Shown piece after piece: positions 24,707-28,493 of a stretch of 28,493 nucleotides of DNA (the stretch's first letter is position 1; each line of letters starts with the position of its first letter). Below the pieces are notes generated by a model that searched no databases, was not told the origin of the DNA, and saw only the letters and a list, made by a program, of their open reading frames with translations. The stretch is from Candidatus Krumholzibacteriia bacterium (GTDB taxonomy: Bacteria > Krumholzibacteriota > Krumholzibacteriia > WVZY01). The DNA is taken from NCBI GenBank assembly GCA_036478295.1, contig JAZGDW010000052.1, positions 1 to 28,493 of the forward strand, in the 5' to 3' direction. A program made the position numbers and the translations under genes.

Positions 24707-25195
24707 ATGTACAGAATTCTTGGCGTGGATCCGGGGAGTGTCTGTACGGGATACGGGATAATTGCAGGAGAAGGTGACCGTTTCAGCTACGTCGCTTCTG
24801 GGGCCATCGTCCTCGGAAAATCGGCCCCCCGCTACGACAAGCTGCGATCGATTTTTGAGAAACTCGATCAAGTCATCGAAGAGCACTCGCCCACGCATCT
24901 TGCCATCGAAGACGTTTTCTACAGCAAGAACGCCAGGAGTTCGTTGGTGCTCGGGGAAGCCCGGGGGGCTGCGATCCTGGCGGCCGCGCTGCGCGACGTT
25001 CCTGTGTTCGAATACTCCGCCCGCGAGGTCAAGCAGTCCGTTACCGGCAACGGTGCGGCGGACAAAGGCCAGGTAGCCTTCATGGTGGTGAGGATTCTGG
25101 AGTTGAACCATCGACCAGAGAGTTCCGACGAGACCGATGCCCTCGCCGTTGCGGTTTGTCACGCGTTCAAGAATCGTAAATGGAGCGTACTATGA
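24707..25195 (+). CDS. ruvC: Crossover junction endodeoxyribonuclease RuvC
   Basis: ILGVDPG...TGYG, AIEDVF, LGEARG, VKQSVTGNG.A.K.QV and DETDALAVA.CH. Confidence 0.96.
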   Translation: MYRILGVDPGSVCTGYGIIAGEGDRFSYVASGAIVLGKSAPRYDKLRSIFEKLDQVIEEHSPTHLAIEDVFYSKNARSSLVLGEARGAAILAAALRDVPVFEYSAREVKQSVTGNGAADKGQVAFMVVRILELNHRPESSDETDALAVAVCHAFKNRKWSVL

Positions 25196-25788
25196 TCGCT
25201 TATTTGCAGGGCACGTTGATGTCGGCCACCCCGACCTGTGTGGTAAGTGTTGGCGGCGTCGGTTTTGAACTGAGCATACCGGAGAAGGACCGCACGATGG
25301 TTTCCGAGGCGCCAGGCGAGGTGTCATTTCATACCTATCTCTACGTACGGGAAGACCGGTTGACGCTCTTCGGATTTCTAAGAAGGGAAGACCGCGAGCT
25401 TTTCACGCGGCTCATTGCGGTGTCGGGCATCGGCCCCAGGATCGCCATCAATATACTCGGTGAATACACCGCCGAGCGGGTCGTGCGGGCGGTACTGGAC
25501 GGCGACCAGGGCTTTCTTCGCTCCCTGCCGGGGTTGGGCCGCAAGACGGCGGAACGCCTGACCGTCGAGCTCAAAGATAAGCTCAAATACCTTGATGCGG
25601 AAACGGGCGCCGGGGTAACATCGGCGGCGATGAGCGTCAAGGAAGAGGCGATCCAGGCCCTGATCACGTTGGGCATGCCGCGCGCAAGCGCGGAGCGGGC
25701 GCTCGAGCACGTTGATTGGGAATCGCAGGAAGCCTCCAGTCTGTCTTCGATCGTCAAGCAGGCGCTCAAGCACACGACGGACATGTAG
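25192..25788 (+). CDS. ruvA: Holliday junction branch migration protein RuvA
   Basis: MIAYLQG start (ATGA overlap with ruvC, SD GGAG), GGVGFE, VRED...LFGF, VSGIGPR.A, PGLGRKTAERL..ELKDK and ALITLG. Confidence 0.95.
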   Translation: MIAYLQGTLMSATPTCVVSVGGVGFELSIPEKDRTMVSEAPGEVSFHTYLYVREDRLTLFGFLRREDRELFTRLIAVSGIGPRIAINILGEYTAERVVRAVLDGDQGFLRSLPGLGRKTAERLTVELKDKLKYLDAETGAGVTSAAMSVKEEAIQALITLGMPRASAERALEHVDWESQEASSLSSIVKQALKHTTDM

Positions 25789-25817
25789 TGCCGGCTCTCA
25801 ACCGAGGAAAACACCCC

Positions 25818-26843
25818 GTGGAAGAAGAACGACTGACAAGCGCGAGCCCGTCCAGTGAGGAATTGAAGAGCGAAGCCTTACTGCGGCCCAAAAAACTGGC
25901 CGACTTCGTCGGCCAGGAAGACCTCAAAGCCAACCTGAAAGTATTCATCCAGGCGGCGCGGGCAAGAAACGAAGCCCTCGATCACGTTATTTTCTACGGC
26001 CCACCCGGTCTGGGTAAAACCACGCTCGCACACATCGTCGCCAACGAGCTGGAAGTCCCCATCAAACTCACCTCGGGCCCGGCGTTCCAGAACTCCGCCG
26101 AACTGCTCGGCGTGTTGAGCCACGTGGAGCGAAATCAGGTTGTATTCATCGATGAGATTCACCGGCTGCCCCGCGTCCTGGAGGAGCACCTCTATCAGGC
26201 CATGGAGGAGCTGAGGTGCGAGCTGATCGTGGACAAGGGACCGAACGCGAGACATTATACGCTTAGCCTCGAGCCGTTCACCCTGGTAGGGGCAACCACG
26301 CGGGTGGGCATGATCACCGCACCCATGCGCGATCGTTTCGGCGTCGTATTCCGGCTGGACTTCTACACAGCGCAGGACCTCGAGCGCATTGTCCTCCGTT
26401 CGGCGGGCCTTCTCGGTATCGAGATCGCTCCGGACGGTGCGGTGGAGATCGCCCGGCGGTCACGAGGCACCCCTCGTATCGCGAACCGCCTGCTGCGGCG
26501 CATCCGTGATTTTGCGCAGGTCGAAGGCGACGGAATCATCGATGCGAAGATCGCGGACTACGGACTCGGGCGGCTCAAGGTGGACAAGGTGGGTCTGGAT
26601 GAGATGGACCGCCGCATCCTGATCAACATCGTGGAAAAGTTCGGCGGCGGCCCGGTGGGTATCGGTTCGCTGGCGGTATCGGTCAGCGAGGAGTCGGAAA
26701 CCATCGAGGACGTCTACGAGCCGTTCCTGATCCAGTCCGGCTTCTTGCAACGCACGTCGAGGGGACGTGTGGCCACACCGCTTGCATTGAATCATCTGGG
26801 CCTCACCGGCGCCGGCCCGAAGGCTTCCCCGCGATTACTCTGA
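25818..26843 (+). CDS. ruvB: Holliday junction branch migration DNA helicase RuvB
   Basis: LRPK.LADFVGQ, GPPGLGKTTLA, FIDEIHRL, GATTR, RDRFG, RSRGTPRIANRLLRR and EDVYEPFL. GTG 25818 with SD GAGG chosen as start. Confidence 0.97.
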   Translation: MEEERLTSASPSSEELKSEALLRPKKLADFVGQEDLKANLKVFIQAARARNEALDHVIFYGPPGLGKTTLAHIVANELEVPIKLTSGPAFQNSAELLGVLSHVERNQVVFIDEIHRLPRVLEEHLYQAMEELRCELIVDKGPNARHYTLSLEPFTLVGATTRVGMITAPMRDRFGVVFRLDFYTAQDLERIVLRSAGLLGIEIAPDGAVEIARRSRGTPRIANRLLRRIRDFAQVEGDGIIDAKIADYGLGRLKVDKVGLDEMDRRILINIVEKFGGGPVGIGSLAVSVSEESETIEDVYEPFLIQSGFLQRTSRGRVATPLALNHLGLTGAGPKASPRLL

Positions 26844-26846
26844 TCC

Positions 26847-27890
26847 ATGCGCCTCGACGCATTCGATTACCCTTTGCCCGAAAAACTGGTTGCGCAGAAG
26901 CCGCTAGCCGGCCGCAGCGCAAGCCGCCTGATGGTGGTCGACCGGCGTGGCGGGGGCGTTCACCATGCCCGCTTTCGGGACCTTCCGCGGTTTCTCAACG
27001 AGGGCGACGTGCTGGTCGTCAACCGGTCGCGTGTCATACCCGCCCGGCTCCTCACCCGCCGCAGGTCCGGCGGCCGCGTGGAACTCCTTGCCCTGAAGAT
27101 CCTCGGCGACAAACAGTTTCTTGCCACGGGCCAGCCGCTACGCAAGCTGCAGCCTGGCACCTCGCTGCACGGGGACGACGGGGATTACCTGTGCCGTATC
27201 GTTCACCGGTCCGGCGAGCGCGAGGTGCTGGTGCAAGTGGAATCGAATCACACCGTGGCCGGACTGCTGGAGGCCTTCGGACACGTGCCCCTGCCGCCGT
27301 ACATCCAGCGCGCCGATGAGCCTCTCGACCGCGAGCGGTACCAGACCGTGTACGCGCGCGAGGACGGGTCGGTGGCGGCGCCGACGGCGGGACTGCACAT
27401 CACCAGTGAACTGATCTCGGCGCTGGAGGGGAGGGGAATCACGGTCTGCTCGCTGGTGCTGCACGTGGGTATGGGGACGTTCCTGGCGCTCGGCAACGAG
27501 GTTGTCGAGGAGAATTCACTGCACCGGGAGAGCTACGCAATCGACGGCGACGTCATCGAACGCCTGCGACGGGCCAAGAAAAACGGTGGCCGGGTGGTGG
27601 CCGTGGGGACCACGACCACGCGGGCCCTGGAATCCCTGTATCGCGCCGGGCACTTCGAGGGTCACGAGACTCCTGTCGCCTGTCACGGGGAGACGGACCT
27701 GTTTATCCATCCCGGCTACGAATTCCGTGTCGTCGACGCGCTGGTCACGAACTTCCACGTGCCGAAGTCGTCGCTGCTGGTGCTCGTCGGGGCGTTTCTC
27801 GGGGTGGAAAGGGTGCTCGAGTGTTACCGCGTGGCGGTTGCACAGGAGTACCGTTTCTTCAGCTACGGAGATGCGATGTTTATCCGCTGA
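26847..27890 (+). CDS. queA: S-adenosylmethionine:tRNA ribosyltransferase-isomerase
   Basis: FDYPLP..LVAQ.P, VIPARL, PLPPYI, RYQTVYA...GSVAAPTAGLH, LHVG.GTF, AVGTTT.RALES, TNFH.PKSSL and YRFFSYGDAM. Confidence 0.97.
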   Translation: MRLDAFDYPLPEKLVAQKPLAGRSASRLMVVDRRGGGVHHARFRDLPRFLNEGDVLVVNRSRVIPARLLTRRRSGGRVELLALKILGDKQFLATGQPLRKLQPGTSLHGDDGDYLCRIVHRSGEREVLVQVESNHTVAGLLEAFGHVPLPPYIQRADEPLDRERYQTVYAREDGSVAAPTAGLHITSELISALEGRGITVCSLVLHVGMGTFLALGNEVVEENSLHRESYAIDGDVIERLRRAKKNGGRVVAVGTTTTRALESLYRAGHFEGHETPVACHGETDLFIHPGYEFRVVDALVTNFHVPKSSLLVLVGAFLGVERVLECYRVAVAQEYRFFSYGDAMFIR

Positions 27891-27953
27891 GTCCCGGGCC
27901 GTCGCCCGGATGGGTGGTCCATTGCCGGCTCATGCGTGCAAGGTGTAGCGCCA

Positions 27954-28094
27954 ATGTCGCACAGCAAGATGATCAAAGGACTGACTTTCCGTGCGGTCGC
28001 CCTCGGAATCGGCGTCGTAGTCACGGCCCTGGCCCTGGCCCTCGTTCTCCGGCGCACTTGGGCGGTCACGGGAACACGCGTTGCAGGATCGTGA
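27954..28094 (+). CDS. Putative 46-aa single-TM small protein or N-terminal gene remnant (not in the ORF track)
   Basis: MSHSKMIKGLTFRAVALGIGVVVTALALALVLRRTWAVTGTRVAGS*. A 19-residue hydrophobic stretch flanked by basic residues, with AAGG upstream. Confidence 0.4.
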   Translation: MSHSKMIKGLTFRAVALGIGVVVTALALALVLRRTWAVTGTRVAGS

Positions 28095-28493
28095 ACCCGT
28101 TGCACGTGTGATAGTGCCTTATCACCCATCCGTTCGCGAAACTGATGAAGTCTCGGGTTTCGTCGAACGTCTTGCCGAAGTATTTTTCCAGCGCACGAAT
28201 CACGCCACGCTCATTATCCCAACCCCGACCCATACTGCCGTTGTTCCTCCGGTATGTCTCCCAGAGATTGGTGTCATGCAGGAACACCGTTGCATGGGGC
28301 GACAGCAGGGGGAACCAGTGCTCGATCTCCTGCACGGTATGTTCGTGCTCGTGGCTCGTGTCGATGAAGAGCAGGTCGATTGCCGGATCGATACCGCGTT
28401 CACCGCACCATTCCTCGAAACGCCCCGCGAACTCCACGTCGTCACTCTTGACAAAAGTCGCCGCGCCCCCGCTTGCAACGTCGGAGCAGTCCT
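28066..28493 (-). CDS. Class I SAM-dependent methyltransferase (Methyltransf_24-like), 5' part outside the window
   Basis: The frame is open to the right edge (..DCSDVASGGAATFVKSDDVEF..) and carries the IDLLFIDTSH...T..E...W...L......LHDT signature. Confidence 0.8.
   Translation of the reverse strand, partial: DCSDVASGGAATFVKSDDVEFAGRFEEWCGERGIDPAIDLLFIDTSHEHEHTVQEIEHWFPLLSPHATVFLHDTNLWETYRRNNGSMGRGWDNERGVIRALEKYFGKTFDETRDFISFANGWVIRHYHTCNGFTILQRVFP

Noticed and set aside
24707..25195. RuvC as a Cas/TnpB-type nuclease
   Set aside because: A 162-aa canonical Holliday junction resolvase in the yebC-ruvCAB context; no CRISPR repeats or transposon ends in the window.

Overview
GC-rich bacterial chromosomal segment with no rRNA, tRNA, CRISPR array or mobile element detectable by eye. 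The PorV/PorQ-like barrel and the FlgD-Ig/T9SS-CTD-like protein suggest a diderm FCB-superphylum lineage; this is inference only. There are three blocks. (1) Positions 1-5088 hold a tightly coupled minus-strand operon: EamA/DMT transporter, class III sirtuin (CobB-like), secreted multi-FlgD-Ig protein, PorV/PorQ-like barrel and an O-antigen-ligase-family gene. The ligase gene is missing from the ORF track and runs off the left edge. (2) Positions 5129-21712 form a cell-surface glycosylation region: two GT-C-type membrane proteins, a DAGK-family lipid kinase, three GT4-type and one GT2 glycosyltransferases, a stand-alone secreted beta-propeller, a Wzz/GumC-like co-polymerase, a second O-antigen ligase/polymerase, a protease-less twin-PDZ protein and a Yip1 protein. 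(3) Positions 21854-27890 are a housekeeping operon, EF-G2-yebC-ruvC-ruvA-ruvB-queA, followed by an unannotated 46-aa single-TM ORF and a convergent partial SAM methyltransferase. The most interesting candidates are a possible T9SS-like cargo/shuttle/glycolipid-anchor system spread over blocks 1-2, a highly structured ~185-nt intergenic element inside the glycan genes, and an ECF-sigma-type promoter before the PDZ-only protein. All family assignments come from motif recognition, not database searches.
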